The notes under the pieces are model-generated. The model ran no database searches and was not told the origin of the DNA. It saw nothing but the letters and a program-made list of their open reading frames with translations. The position numbers were made by a program, and so were the translations under genes. This document shows, in pieces, positions 10,753-20,564 of a stretch of DNA of 64,000 bases. The DNA is from Escherichia coli (GTDB lineage Bacteria > Pseudomonadota > Gammaproteobacteria > Enterobacterales > Enterobacteriaceae), in NCBI RefSeq assembly GCF_022493755.1, contig NZ_CP028767.1. One strand, 5' to 3'. Positions within the stretch are counted from its first letter, which is position 1. Each line of letters starts with the position of its first letter.

Positions 10753-11445
10753 CTACCCATGCTTTCTATATGTCTGCGGCATGCTCCCGATGACTTTCCC
10801 GAAGATGAACACGCGGTTCATCTCGTCTTTCTCGATCGGGTCCCACGGTGAGTAGCTCTTGTTATCAGAGATAACCAGCAGCTTATCCTTCATCATTTGC
10901 AGGCGTTTTACATGGGCGGTGTCGTCATACAGAAACGCATAGATACCATCACCGTCGAAAGATTTAACCGTGATATCAACGAACAGCAGATCACCTGGTT
11001 CGATCGTTCCTGACATGCTGTCACCACGCACGTTAATGATGCGGATATTTTCCGCCTTCCTGCCATCGAACATGTGACGAGCATCGTCAAACGAGTATTC
11101 AACCGAGCGTAGAACTTCTACAAACTCACGGTTGATTACACCCGGCCCGGCACTGACTTCTATATCAAGAACGTCAATTTTGAAGTATTTGGAATGGCTG
11201 ACAGCAGGCTTCCCTGATTGTTGACCGTCATTTCTCATCGGGCCTATGCCTGAAGAGAGCCATTCTGTTCGAACACCCAATGCATTAGCTATTTCAACAA
11301 TTTTTGTTGAGCCGCGCGCGTTGCCGCTTGTCAGTCTCCAGATTGTGGGTTGAGCTACGCCAGACGCCTTTGCAAGAGCGCCTTGAGACATTCCAGATTG
11401 TTCCATCGCTAGATTTAAGCGATCAGCAAGAGTTTCTTTTTTCAT
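10753..11445 (-). CDS. cI: cI-type prophage repressor (HTH plus S24 LexA-like peptidase domain)
   Basis: XRE-type HTH, GDSM serine and downstream Lys of S24 self-cleavage domain; ATG at 11445 chosen (track ORF begins at TTG 11481). Confidence 0.85.
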   Translation of the reverse strand: MKKETLADRLNLAMEQSGMSQGALAKASGVAQPTIWRLTSGNARGSTKIVEIANALGVRTEWLSSGIGPMRNDGQQSGKPAVSHSKYFKIDVLDIEVSAGPGVINREFVEVLRSVEYSFDDARHMFDGRKAENIRIINVRGDSMSGTIEPGDLLFVDITVKSFDGDGIYAFLYDDTAHVKRLQMMKDKLLVISDNKSYSPWDPIEKDEMNRVFIFGKVIGSMPQTYRKHG

Positions 11446-11484
11446 AAGTTTTAATTTATACGCTTGCGTATTGATGGTCAAAAC

Positions 11485-11548
11485 ACGTTTTGCTATTGCT
11501 TGGGTTAATACTCATTGCTATTATTCATTCATTGCAATACCAATAGGA
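11485..11548. promoter_or_regulatory. oR / pRM-pR region with three operator-like repeats
   Basis: Three copies of (T)TTGCTATT / TTGCAATA motif between divergent cI and cro. Confidence 0.5.
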
Positions 11549-11555
11549 ATTGATA

Positions 11556-11783
11556 ATGACAAATCAAACCATTCAACTCGCAATCAGTATTACAGGTAGT
11601 CAAAAACGACTGGCAGATCTATGCGGTGTAGCCCAACCCACAGTTTGGCGTTGGCTACACGGTGGCGGAATTGATGCCCGCTATGTAATGAAAATTGTCT
11701 CAGCCACTGGTGGAAAGATTAAACCAGCAGATATTCGTCCCGACCTCGCACCATTGTTTAACGCGAGTAATTCTGCCGCCTAA
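11556..11783 (+). CDS. cro: Cro-like repressor (YdaS family HTH)
   Basis: 75-aa HTH protein divergent from cI; ATG at 11556 with AGGA Shine-Dalgarno; resembles Rac YdaS. Confidence 0.8.
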   Translation: MTNQTIQLAISITGSQKRLADLCGVAQPTVWRWLHGGGIDARYVMKIVSATGGKIKPADIRPDLAPLFNASNSAA

Positions 11784-11807
11784 ACTGCGGCGTTAACTGA
11801 TAAGGCA

Positions 11808-12353
11808 ATGACTATGCAACCACTTACATACCAACAGACTAGCGGATTTAGCCCGACTGCGGTGATAAATCGTTCTCAAACAAAACAGGTGCCAGGCCAC
11901 GAAAAAATCCGTGATGCCGTCCGCGCCTGGTCGGCTGCAGATAATCAGGATGTTGTTGCCGCACTCATTGTGAATGAGTATCGAGCACAGGGCGGCGGCA
12001 CCATCGATTTCCCTGATGATGTCAGCCGTGCACGCCAGAAGCTGTTCCGCTTCCTCGATAACAAATTCGATTCTGAAAAATACCGAAATAACGTGCGTGA
12101 ACTGACCCCGGCAATTCTGGCGGTACTACCGCTGGAATATCGCGGTTACCTGGTTGAGCAGGATAGCTTCATGACTCGGTTGGCTGAAATGGAAAAGGAA
12201 CTCAGTGAGGCAAAACAGGCTGTCATTCTCAACGCACCACGCCACCAGAAACTGAAGGAGATGAGTGAAGGTATTGTGTCGATGTTTCGTGTGGACCCGG
12301 ATCTGGCTGGTCCATTGATGGCGATGGTTACCACCATGTTGGGGGCAATATGA
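11808..12353 (+). CDS. cII-position regulator, YdaT-like
   Basis: 181 aa; motifs EYRAQGGG and TPAILAVLP resemble Rac YdaT; position between cro and O. Confidence 0.5.
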   Translation: MTMQPLTYQQTSGFSPTAVINRSQTKQVPGHEKIRDAVRAWSAADNQDVVAALIVNEYRAQGGGTIDFPDDVSRARQKLFRFLDNKFDSEKYRNNVRELTPAILAVLPLEYRGYLVEQDSFMTRLAEMEKELSEAKQAVILNAPRHQKLKEMSEGIVSMFRVDPDLAGPLMAMVTTMLGAI

Positions 12354-12439
12354 CAGGTTTAAAAATGGCGAAAGTCGGTCTGCGGGAACAGAACCGACTT
12401 TCAGGTGCAAATCGTAACACACTCATTGCGGGAGGAATT

Positions 12440-13369
12440 ATGGCAAACACTGCTGAGATATTCAATTTTCCTGTGCCGGATGCGGCACAAAAGGAGCCGC
12501 GCGTGGCAGATCTCGATGATGGTTATACGCGCATTGCAAATGAGTTGCTGGAAGCTGTAATGCTGGCCGGATTAACACAGCACCAGCTTCTGGTCTTCCT
12601 GGCTGTCATGCGCAAAACATATGGCTTTAATAAAAAACTGGATTGGGTGAGCAACGAGCAACTTTCCGAGTTGACCGGGATATTGCCGCACAAGTGTTCT
12701 GCTGCAAAAAGTGTTCTGGTAAAGCGTGGGATTTTTATTCAGAGCGGGCGGAATATAGGCATTAATAATGTGGTCAGTGAATGGTCAACATTACCCGAAT
12801 CAGGTAAGAAAAATAAAGTTTACCTGAAAGAGGTAAATTTACCTGAATCAGGTAAGAAAAGTTTACCCAAATCAGGTAAAGGCACTTACCCGAATCCGGT
12901 AAACACAAAAGACAAACTAACAAAAGACAATATAAAACCTTATTCGTCAGAGAATTCTGGCGAATCCTCTGACCTGCCAGAAAACGACCTTCCTGTGGTG
13001 AAAGCGGATGCTGCGATTCAGAACGGCAGCAAGTGGGGGACAGCAGAAGACCTGACCGCCGCAGAGTGGATGTTTGACATGGTGAAGACTATCGCACCAT
13101 CAGCCAGAAAACCGAATTTTGCAGGGTGGGCTAACGATATCCGTCTGATGCGTGAACGTGATGGACGTAACCACCGCGACATGTGTGTACTGTTTCGCTG
13201 GGCCTGCCAGGACAACTTCTGGTCCGGTAACGTGCTGAGTCCGGCCAAACTCCGCGACAAGTGGACCCAGCTCGAAATCAACCGAAACAAGCAACAGGCT
13301 GGCGTGACAGCCGGCAAACCAAAACTCGACCTGACGAACACTGACTGGATTTACGGGGTGGATTTATGA
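12440..13369 (+). CDS. O: Replication initiator O-like protein
   Basis: ATG at 12440 preceded by GGGAGGAA; N-terminal O-like domain; contains the iteron array. Confidence 0.8.
   Translation: MANTAEIFNFPVPDAAQKEPRVADLDDGYTRIANELLEAVMLAGLTQHQLLVFLAVMRKTYGFNKKLDWVSNEQLSELTGILPHKCSAAKSVLVKRGIFIQSGRNIGINNVVSEWSTLPESGKKNKVYLKEVNLPESGKKSLPKSGKGTYPNPVNTKDKLTKDNIKPYSSENSGESSDLPENDLPVVKADAAIQNGSKWGTAEDLTAAEWMFDMVKTIAPSARKPNFAGWANDIRLMRERDGRNHRDMCVLFRWACQDNFWSGNVLSPAKLRDKWTQLEINRNKQQAGVTAGKPKLDLTNTDWIYGVDL
12793..12940. repeat. Replication origin: about five 18-20-bp iterons plus AT-rich tract inside O
   Basis: Repeated TTACC(C/T)GAATCAGGTAAG units followed by A-rich sequence acaaaagacaaactaacaaaagacaatataaaac. 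Confidence 0.65.
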
Positions 13370-14079
13370 AAAACATCGCCGCACAGATGGTTAACTTTGA
13401 CCGTGAGCAGATGCGCCGGATCGCCAACAACATGCCGGAACAGTACGACGAAAAGCCGCAGGTACAGCAGGTAGCGCAGATCATCAACGGTGTATTCAGC
13501 CAGTTGCTGGCAACTTTCCCTGCGAGCCTGGCTAACCGTGACCAGAACGAACTGAACGAAATTCGCCGCCAGTGGGTTCTGGCTTTCCGGGAAAACGGGA
13601 TCACCACAATGGAACAGGTTAACGCCGGAATGCGCGTGGCCCGCCGACAGGAGCGACCATTCCTGCCGTCGCCCGGCCAGTTCGTAGCGTGGTGTAAGCA
13701 GAGTGGCGGGGCGTTAGGTATCACTGTTGACCAAGTCATAACCGAATACTGGGATTGGCGTAATCGTTCCTTCGAATTCACTTCCAGCGAGCATTTCCCG
13801 TGGTCACAGCCTGTCATGTACCACATCTGCGTCGAACTGCGCCACCGCAGCACAGAGCGCCAGTTAACGCATGGTGAGCTGGCGCGTGAAGCCGGCGATC
13901 TGCTGGACATGTGGGAGAGGCGCGTCACCGAGGGCAAACCAGTACCGCCTGTGCGCCGGGCGATTGCAGCACCGGCTGCCGAGCATGGCCCGACGCCAAT
14001 CCAGCTGCTTCAGGCGAAGTACAACCGCAACAAGTCGAACGGGATGGTGCGAAGTGGTAAAGAAGATAATAAAGAATAA
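13366..14079 (+). CDS. P: Replication protein P-like (helicase loader); lambda-like N-terminus, divergent C-terminus
   Basis: N-terminal ~110 aa match recalled lambda P (MKNIAAQMVNFDREQMRRIANNMPEQYDEKPQVQQVAQIINGVF...). Confidence 0.85.
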   Translation: MKNIAAQMVNFDREQMRRIANNMPEQYDEKPQVQQVAQIINGVFSQLLATFPASLANRDQNELNEIRRQWVLAFRENGITTMEQVNAGMRVARRQERPFLPSPGQFVAWCKQSGGALGITVDQVITEYWDWRNRSFEFTSSEHFPWSQPVMYHICVELRHRSTERQLTHGELAREAGDLLDMWERRVTEGKPVPPVRRAIAAPAAEHGPTPIQLLQAKYNRNKSNGMVRSGKEDNKE

Positions 14080-14157
14080 TATTTAGGGTTATAGGTCTTA
14101 GCCCATTTTAAATGGAAGGCAGACATGCAGCCATGCATACTTCGCATGGCAACATAA

Positions 14158-14586
14158 TTATTTAGACAAACTATCTAATTTTTGCGTCGCTTTTTGTGTT
14201 AGGTCGCTGTAACTGATAAACCCTACGTTAGCACCTACAATTAACACTAAGAACACTAAGCTGCATATGGATAGAGTGGCAGATTTATGCTTATGGAAAA
14301 CAAAATATGCTACTATTGCACTTAATATGAAGGAAATGAATAGAAATATAGATGTTGATGTTTTTAGATATTTTTCAGGAAATAATGGGTGAGCAATAAT
14401 GTATACAAGATTAAGTAGTATATAAATTGCTACCGGAATGAAAATCATGCTCCAGTGTGTATCTTTTTTGGGAGGGATTGGCTGCAAATAATCAGACACC
14501 GTTTTTCCATCAGTTTCAAGAAGAATTACTAGATCTCTTACTTCACCACTGACTTGAGTGCCATCCTTAGTAGTAATGTTAATCAT
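14158..14586 (-). CDS. Small membrane protein (about 40-aa soluble N-terminus plus three predicted TM helices); accessory gene
   Basis: ATG at 14584-14586 preceded by GGAGGG; hydrophobic segments; AT-rich; opposite strand to flanking replication genes. Confidence 0.45.
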   Translation of the reverse strand: MINITTKDGTQVSGEVRDLVILLETDGKTVSDYLQPIPPKKDTHWSMIFIPVAIYILLNLVYIIAHPLFPEKYLKTSTSIFLFISFILSAIVAYFVFHKHKSATLSICSLVFLVLIVGANVGFISYSDLTQKATQKLDSLSK

Positions 14587-14960
14587 TTTTTCCCTCCAAA
14601 TACGATGCCCTCTACGTCTTTGGAAGCTTTTTGTGATGACCACTCCTCTGAATCAGGTGATTTAATTAAAAATATTGTATCTCCATCAAAAATCGTATTT
14701 GTTCCGTAAAAATTTACATTTGATAGATCACCACCAAAAACCCTCTGCCCACTCGAGGTAATTGCCTCACCTAATTTAGTAAAATTACCTGCAATAGATG
14801 ATTTTCTTTTTCCACTTCTATTCAAAGTGGCTTTAATTACACCACCACCATCCTTAGAGTTAAATAATTGAATGTCCACTCCAGCAGTTGGTTGTATATA
14901 TTTTGAAAGCTCTTTCTTGAACTTGTTAATATATTTATCTTTGTTTTCTTTGTTGGTCAT
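14583..14960 (-). CDS. Hypothetical soluble protein (125 aa); accessory gene coupled to the membrane protein
   Basis: ATGA stop/start overlap with downstream gene; AT-rich; no recognised domain. Confidence 0.45.
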   Translation of the reverse strand: MTNKENKDKYINKFKKELSKYIQPTAGVDIQLFNSKDGGGVIKATLNRSGKRKSSIAGNFTKLGEAITSSGQRVFGGDLSNVNFYGTNTIFDGDTIFLIKSPDSEEWSSQKASKDVEGIVFGGKK

Positions 14961-15224
14961 TGGTTAGATCCATAGTTCTGGCTGTGATTAGGTGAAAGTA
15001 TACAAGGTTTTTAAAGCGAAGATCACTGTTTTGGCTTCAAGATAGTTTTGATTTATCGTAATCAATCCGCCATAATCCTCTCATCGGAGCCTGAACAACT
15101 CCGGTGACTTCTGCGCATTTAAGGGGACTTAAATGCGACCACAATCTGAACTCATCACCTTGTCACAGATGCAGAAATGCACCTGCGATTTTCTGCATTC
15201 TGCGGTTTCCGTTAGGGAGGCCGT

Positions 15225-15680
15225 ATGACTCTGCCAGTAGACGGCATCAAACTCCATCGCGGTAACTTCGCGGCCATCGGCCAGCAGATTCAGCCATTGC
15301 TGGATGCCGGGCAATGCTTACGCCTGCAGGTTAAGCCGTGGCGCGAGAAGCGCAGCCTGTCGCAGAACGCGCTCAGCCACATGTGGTACACGGAGATCAG
15401 CGAATATCTCATCGCCCGCGGCAAGACCTTCGCTACGCCTGAGTGGGTCAAAGACGCGATGAAGCACACCTATCTCGGCTACGAAAGCAAAGACCGTGTA
15501 GATGTCGTGTCCGGCGAGGTCACCACCGTCCAATCCCTCCGCCATACGTCAGAGCTGGAAACCGGCGAGATGTACATCTTCCTGTGCAAAGTCGAAGCCT
15601 GGGCGATGAATATCGGCTGCCACCTGACAATTCCGCAGAGCTGTGAATACCAGCAGCTGCGCGATAAGCAGGAGGCGTAA
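15225..15680 (+). CDS. ninB: NinB/YbcN-family recombination protein
   Basis: 151 aa; SLSQNALSHMWY motif resembling the NinB family; position ahead of ninE. Confidence 0.65.
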   Translation: MTLPVDGIKLHRGNFAAIGQQIQPLLDAGQCLRLQVKPWREKRSLSQNALSHMWYTEISEYLIARGKTFATPEWVKDAMKHTYLGYESKDRVDVVSGEVTTVQSLRHTSELETGEMYIFLCKVEAWAMNIGCHLTIPQSCEYQQLRDKQEA

Positions 15681-15850
15681 TGGCTACACCGCTTATTCGT
15701 GTCATGAACGGGCACATCTACAGAGTATCAAATCGTCGTAAGCGTAAGCCTGAGCTGAAGCCATCCGAAATACCAACACTGCTCGGATATACCGCTAGCC
15801 TGGTTGATAAAAAATGGTTGCGACTGGCAGCAAGGAGGAATCATGGCTGA
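15680..15850 (+). CDS. ninE: NinE (56 aa)
   Basis: MATPLIRVMNGHIYRVSNRRKRKPELKPSEIP... matches recalled NinE; not in the ORF track because under 60 aa. Confidence 0.75.
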   Translation: MATPLIRVMNGHIYRVSNRRKRKPELKPSEIPTLLGYTASLVDKKWLRLAARRNHG

Positions 15851-16133
15851 TTTGAGAAAAGCAGCGCGTGGTCGGGAATGCCAGGTAAGAATCCCTGGCG
15901 TATGTAATGGCAATCCTGAAACGTCAGTACTGGCACATATCCGGCTGGCTGGATTGTGCGGTACCGGTATCAAACCGCCAGACCTGATTGCCACCATTGC
16001 ATGTTCTGCCTGTCACGACGAAATCGACCGCCGCACATATTTTGTCGATGCTGAGTATGCAAAAGAATGCGCGCTGGAAGGTATGGCGAGAACGCAGGTT
16101 ATCTGGCTGAAAGAGGGGGTTATTAAGGCGTGA
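15843..16133 (+). CDS. ybcO: YbcO-like small Cys-rich putative nuclease
   Basis: Product from [23 protein letters not shown]... matches recalled DLP12 YbcO. Confidence 0.75.
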   Translation: MADLRKAARGRECQVRIPGVCNGNPETSVLAHIRLAGLCGTGIKPPDLIATIACSACHDEIDRRTYFVDAEYAKECALEGMARTQVIWLKEGVIKA

Positions 16134-16492
16134 ATACCTACAGCATCACATTACCCTGGCCTCCGAGCAATAACCGCTATTACCGCCATAATCGCGGGCG
16201 CACACACATCAGCGCAGAAGGGCAGGCATACCGCGATAACGTCACCCGAATCATTAAAAACGCAATGCTGGATATCGGCCTGGCTATGCCAGTGAAAATC
16301 CGTATTGAGTGCCACATGCCGGATCGCCGTCGCCGTGACCTGGATAATCTGCAAAAAGCCGCTTTTGACGCACTCACCAAAGCAGGTTTCTGGCTGGATG
16401 ATGCTCAGGTCGTTGATTACCGCGTTGTGAAGATGCCTGTTACCAAAGGTGGGAGGCTGGAACTGACCATCACCGAACTGGGAGATGAATGA
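16130..16492 (+). CDS. rusA: Holliday junction resolvase RusA
   Basis: 120-aa product matches recalled K-12 RusA. Confidence 0.95.
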   Translation: MNTYSITLPWPPSNNRYYRHNRGRTHISAEGQAYRDNVTRIIKNAMLDIGLAMPVKIRIECHMPDRRRRDLDNLQKAAFDALTKAGFWLDDAQVVDYRVVKMPVTKGGRLELTITELGDE

Positions 16493-16629
16493 TGTTTGAG
16501 TCTTATATGGCAGAGCGTCTTCGCCGCCGCTGGGTGCGCCTGCGCTTATATCGTTTCCCCGGTTCTGTTTTGACCGATTACCGAATACTGAAGAATTACG
16601 CCAAAACACTGACAGGAGCAGGAGTATGA
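16489..16629 (+). CDS. ylcG: YlcG-like small protein (46 aa)
   Basis: Small [26 protein letters not shown]... overlapping rusA stop. Confidence 0.55.
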   Translation: MMFESYMAERLRRRWVRLRLYRFPGSVLTDYRILKNYAKTLTGAGV

Positions 16630-16714
16630 AGTCAGAGATAACAATCAACTAATACTGTTTTGTTGATTTTTGCTTGTAATTGGCGTTCTGGTCTGATTTT
16701 TGTGGAGTAAGTTG

Positions 16715-17098
16715 ATGCGTGATATTCAGATGGTTCTTGAGCGTTGGGGAGCGTGGGCGGCTAATAATCATGAAGATGTGACCTGGTCGTCCATTGCCGC
16801 CGGTTTTAAGGGATTAATTCCTTCAAAAGTAAAATCTCGCCCGCAATGTTGTGACGATGACGCGATGATCATTTGCGGGTGCATGGCCCGTCTGAAAAAG
16901 AACAACAGCGATTTGCACGATTTATTAGTAGATTATTATGTAGTCGGTATGACATTCATGTCACTGGCAGGTAAGCATTGCTGCTCTGATGGTTATATCG
17001 GGAAAAGGTTACAAAAGGCTGAGGGCATAATTGAAGGGATGTTAATGGCATTAGATATCCGGTTAGAGATGGATATCGTTGTTAATAACTCTAATTAA
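16715..17098 (+). CDS. quuD: Late-gene antiterminator Q-like
   Basis: Product from [26 protein letters not shown]... matches recalled DLP12 QuuD. Confidence 0.85.
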   Translation: MRDIQMVLERWGAWAANNHEDVTWSSIAAGFKGLIPSKVKSRPQCCDDDAMIICGCMARLKKNNSDLHDLLVDYYVVGMTFMSLAGKHCCSDGYIGKRLQKAEGIIEGMLMALDIRLEMDIVVNNSN

Positions 17099-17130
17099 TA
17101 CGCCAATTATTTACTAAAAGTTATTAAAAA

Positions 17131-17160
17131 TGGGGCGTTGAAACGCCCCCAAAAATAAAG
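17131..17160 (-). terminator. Hairpin plus T-run downstream of porin gene (minus strand)
   Basis: ggggcgtt-gaa-aacgcccc stem with T-run on the minus strand. Confidence 0.4.
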
Positions 17161-17286
17161 GGTAATATATAACAGAAGGTTTGTATAGTTAGAAGCAAGG
17201 TTGTGCTTCTAAAGGAAGTGGCTTGAGGGAGCCACTTATATGTTGGGGAGGCAAAGCCTCCCACAACATATCTTTTAGTAATCAAA

Positions 17287-18369
17287 TTAGAACTGGTAAA
17301 CCATACCTACAGCAACGATATCATCGGTAGCAACGCCAGATGCTTTCGTGAAATCGCTCTTATCAATCAGGTTGATTTTGTAGTCAACAAAAGTGGACAT
17401 ATTTTTGTTGAAGTAATAGGTTGCACCTACATCAACATATTCAACCAGGTCCTGATCACCCCAAACACCCAAGTCTTTTCCTTTAGAATGCAGGTAAGCA
17501 ACGGATGGACGCAGGCCGAAGTCGAACTGATATTGTGCAACAGCTTCGAAGTTTTGTGCTTTGTTGGCAATATGGTTATTACCAAAAACAGTCATGTTCT
17601 GGGTTTCAGAATAGGTGGTGGCCAGATAGATGTTGTTCGCATCATATTTCAGACCAGCTGCCCATACTTCAGCATTTTGACCAGAAGCATTCAGACCGTT
17701 GTTACCGTAGATAACCTGATTATTAGTGCGATCAGATTTAGCATAGGTTGCACCCACGCCGAATCCTTCATACTCATAAGTAGTTGAGAAACCGAAACCA
17801 TCGCCATTAGCTTCAGTTACTTCATTTCGGTCATTTTTGCCCTGATACTGAGCTGCAAAGTTCAGGCCATCAACCAGACCAAAGAAGTCGTTGTTACGAT
17901 AAGTTGCAACACCTGTGGTGCGACCAGTCATGAATACATCTGTTTGGGTCCAGGTATCGCCACCGAATTCTGGCAGAACGTCGGTCCATGCACCAATATC
18001 GTATGCTACACCGTAGTTACGGCCATAATCGATGGAGCCGTAGTCACCGAATTTCAGGCCAGCGAAGGCAAGACGGGTTTTATCTTTGGAGGAACCTTGA
18101 GATTCAGCGCGGTTGCCTTTGAATTCATATTCCCACTGACCGAAACCAGTCAGTTGATCGTTGATTTGGGTTTCACCTTTGAAGCCAAGACGGGCATAAG
18201 TAGTATCACCATCATCTGCATCATTAGAGGAGAAGTAGTGCTTAGCATTAACTTTCCCGTACAGATCCAGCTTGTTACTGTCTTTATTATAAATTTCAGC
18301 TGCCTGAGCAGACATCGCCATCAGTACTGATGCAGCTACAGCAGAAATTGCCACTGTTAATTTTTTCAT
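17287..18369 (-). CDS. nmpC: OmpC/OmpF-family outer-membrane porin, apparently intact
   Basis: 360 aa with signal peptide and C-terminal aromatic residue (..VYQF); DLP12 nmpC position between Q and lysis genes. Confidence 0.9.
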   Translation of the reverse strand: MKKLTVAISAVAASVLMAMSAQAAEIYNKDSNKLDLYGKVNAKHYFSSNDADDGDTTYARLGFKGETQINDQLTGFGQWEYEFKGNRAESQGSSKDKTRLAFAGLKFGDYGSIDYGRNYGVAYDIGAWTDVLPEFGGDTWTQTDVFMTGRTTGVATYRNNDFFGLVDGLNFAAQYQGKNDRNEVTEANGDGFGFSTTYEYEGFGVGATYAKSDRTNNQVIYGNNGLNASGQNAEVWAAGLKYDANNIYLATTYSETQNMTVFGNNHIANKAQNFEAVAQYQFDFGLRPSVAYLHSKGKDLGVWGDQDLVEYVDVGATYYFNKNMSTFVDYKINLIDKSDFTKASGVATDDIVAVGMVYQF

Positions 18370-18796
18370 CGTGAGCCCTTTTTTTTGAACTATTATTAAA
18401 AAATGATGTCACTGCGCGATAAATATTCATCTAATCAATGTGATTATTTCAAGATGTAAGTTTTGGTTTCTCGTTTAATTTGTGAAGTAGATCTCTATTT
18501 TTATCTGAACTTTTTTCTATCGAATCCTATTCATGGCTCTTGGCTGAATAAAAATAAATCTATTAGCCAATTTATATTAATGGCTGTTATTTATAAGTGC
18601 TCTATAATTTGAAGGTTCAATTTAAATTGGCTAAAAATAACGCTGGAAATTATTTGTTGGTTATTTGTTGAGATTTGCTTATGTATTTGTAGTGGTGTTT
18701 TCAATACTCGGTAGCATTCTCGCAAATATCATTTAGTGGTTTACGTACGTAAAAAATTGGTTATGCTGTTAAGAGTGGTTACTTCGTCACACAGCT

Positions 18797-18830
18797 TAAA
18801 CCCGCCGTCGAGCGGGTTTTTCCATTTTTT
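18797..18830 (+). terminator. Rho-independent terminator upstream of holin (tR'-like)
   Basis: aacccgc-cgtcga-gcgggtt hairpin followed by tttccatttttt. Confidence 0.45.
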
Positions 18831-18942
18831 GAGTCTCGATATTAGCTGATAACCCAATACCTGAGTTATTCACTGACTCCGAGTCTGTTACGTTTCGTAG
18901 TATTCCCTCAATTTACACCCGCTTTGTCTGCGAGGTGGGGTT

Positions 18943-19158
18943 ATGAAATCCATGGATAAGTTAACAACGGGTGTCGCCTATGGCACCTCAGCAGGTAGTG
19001 CCGGGTACTGGTTTTTACAGCTGCTCGATAAAGTCACGCCCTCACAGTGGGCAGCAATAGGTGTGCTGGGTAGCCTGGTATTTGGCCTGCTGACGTACCT
19101 GACAAACCTTTATTTCAAGATTAAAGAAGATAAGCGCAAGGCTGCGAGAGGTGAATAA
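18943..19158 (+). CDS. essD: Pinholin, phage 21 S-type
   Basis: 71-aa two-TM protein matching recalled S21/EssD. Confidence 0.9.
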
Positions 19159-19655
19159 TGCCTCCATCATTACGAAAAGCTGTTGCTGCTGCTATTGGTG
19201 GCGGGGCTATTGCTATAGCATCTGTGTTAATCACTGGCCCAAGTGGTAACGATGGTCTGGAAGGTGTGAGACATAATCCTTACAAAGACATAGTTGGTGT
19301 ATGGACTGTATGTTACGGGCATACAGGAAAAGACATCATTCCCGGTAAAACGTATACCGAAGCAGAGTGCAAAGCCCTCCTGAATAAAGACCTTGCAACT
19401 GTCGCCAGACAAATTAACCGGTACATCAAAGTCGATATACCGGAAACAACGCGCGGCGCTCTTTACTCGTTCGTCTACAACGTGGGTGCTGGCAATTTCA
19501 GAACATCGACGCTTCTTCGCAAAATAAACCAGGGTGATATTAAAGGCGCATGTGATCAGCTACAGCGCTGGACATACGCTGGCGGTAATCAATGGAAAGG
19601 ACTGATGACTCGCCGTGAGATTGAGCGTGAAGTCTGTTTGTGGGGGAAACAATGA
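19158..19655 (+). CDS. rrrD: SAR endolysin (lysozyme with N-terminal signal-anchor-release domain)
   Basis: 165 aa; N-terminal [21 protein letters not shown] segment; T4-lysozyme-like body. Confidence 0.9.
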   Translation: MPPSLRKAVAAAIGGGAIAIASVLITGPSGNDGLEGVRHNPYKDIVGVWTVCYGHTGKDIIPGKTYTEAECKALLNKDLATVARQINRYIKVDIPETTRGALYSFVYNVGAGNFRTSTLLRKINQGDIKGACDQLQRWTYAGGNQWKGLMTRREIEREVCLWGKQ

Positions 19656-20023
19656 GCAGAGTAACCGCGATTATCTCCGCTCTGGTTATCTGCATCATCG
19701 TCTGCCTGTCATTGGCTGTTAATCATTACCGTGATAACGCCATTACCTACAAAGCCCAGCGCGACAAAAATGCCAGAGAACTGAAGCTGGCGAACGCGGC
19801 AATTACTGGCATGCAGATGCGTCAGCGTGATGTTGCTGCGCTCGATGCAAAATACACGAAGGAGTTAGCTGATGCGAAAGCTGAAAATGATGCTCTGCGT
19901 GATGATGTTGCCGCTGGTCGTCGTCGGTTGCACATCAAAGCAGTCTGTCAGTCAGTGCGTGAAGCCACCACCGCCTCCGGCGTGGATAATGCAGCCTCCC
20001 CCCCGACTGGCAGACACCGCTGA
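19652..20023 (+). CDS. rzpD: Rz i-spanin, C-terminus altered by frameshift at a C7 tract
   Basis: Matches recalled RzpD up to ...GVDNAASP, then reads PPTGRHR-stop; Rz C-terminal sequence appears instead in the +1 frame. Confidence 0.7.
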   Translation: MSRVTAIISALVICIIVCLSLAVNHYRDNAITYKAQRDKNARELKLANAAITGMQMRQRDVAALDAKYTKELADAKAENDALRDDVAAGRRRLHIKAVCQSVREATTASGVDNAASPPTGRHR

Positions 20024-20114
20024 ACGGGATTATTTCACCCTCAGAGAGAGGCTGATCACTATGCAAAAACAACTGGAAGGAACCCAGAAGTATATTAATG
20101 AGCAGTGCAGATAG
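19872..20114 (+). CDS. rzoD: Rz1 o-spanin lipoprotein, frame-switched after the poly-Pro region into the Rz C-terminal frame
   Basis: Lipobox LVVVGC and poly-Pro match recalled RzoD; downstream reads [11 protein letters not shown]... (Rz frame). Confidence 0.6.
   Translation: MRKLKMMLCVMMLPLVVVGCTSKQSVSQCVKPPPPPAWIMQPPPRLADTAERDYFTLRERLITMQKQLEGTQKYINEQCR
19998..20004. repeat. C7 homopolymer inside overlapping Rz/Rz1
   Basis: Seven consecutive C read directly; recalled K-12 sequence has C6 here. Confidence 0.6.
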
Positions 20115-20145
20115 AGCTGCCCATATCGATGGGCAACTCATGCAA

Positions 20146-20439
20146 TTATTGTGAGCAATACACACGCGCTTCCAGCGGAGTATAAATGCCTAAAGTAATA
20201 AAACCGAGAAATCCATTTACGAATGTTTGCTGGGTTTCTGTTTTAACAACATTTTCTGCGCCGCCACAAATTTTGGCTGCATCAACAGTTTTCTCCTGTC
20301 CAATTCCCGAAACGAAGAAATGATGGGTGATGGTTTCCTTTGGTGTTACTGCTGTCGGTTTGTTTCCAACAGTAAACGTCTGTTGAGCACATCCTGTAAT
20401 AAGCATTGCCAGAGCGGCAGAAAACAACATTTTTTTCAT
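20146..20439 (-). CDS. bor: Bor lipoprotein (serum-resistance protein)
   Basis: 97-aa product from MKKMLFSAALAMLITGC... matches recalled Bor. Confidence 0.9.
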   Translation of the reverse strand: MKKMLFSAALAMLITGCAQQTFTVGNKPTAVTPKETITHHFFVSGIGQEKTVDAAKICGGAENVVKTETQQTFVNGFLGFITLGIYTPLEARVYCSQ

Positions 20440-20555
20440 CTTATTATCCTGCATTGTTAAAAACGGCAGAATCCTATGTGACAACAATTAAACGATAGTT
20501 AAATGGATTGATGAAAATTAAAACTATATAGGTGGATGCTCAGCCTATTGGAGGA

Positions 20556-20564
20556 GGGGGGGGG
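20556..20564. repeat. G9 homopolymer in the bor upstream intergenic region
   Basis: Nine consecutive G read directly, about 115 bp upstream of the bor start. Confidence 0.6.

Noticed and set aside
12793-12940. CRISPR-like short direct repeats
   Set aside because: Repeats are 18-20 bp iterons without regular spacers and lie inside the O gene; consistent with a replication origin, not a CRISPR array.
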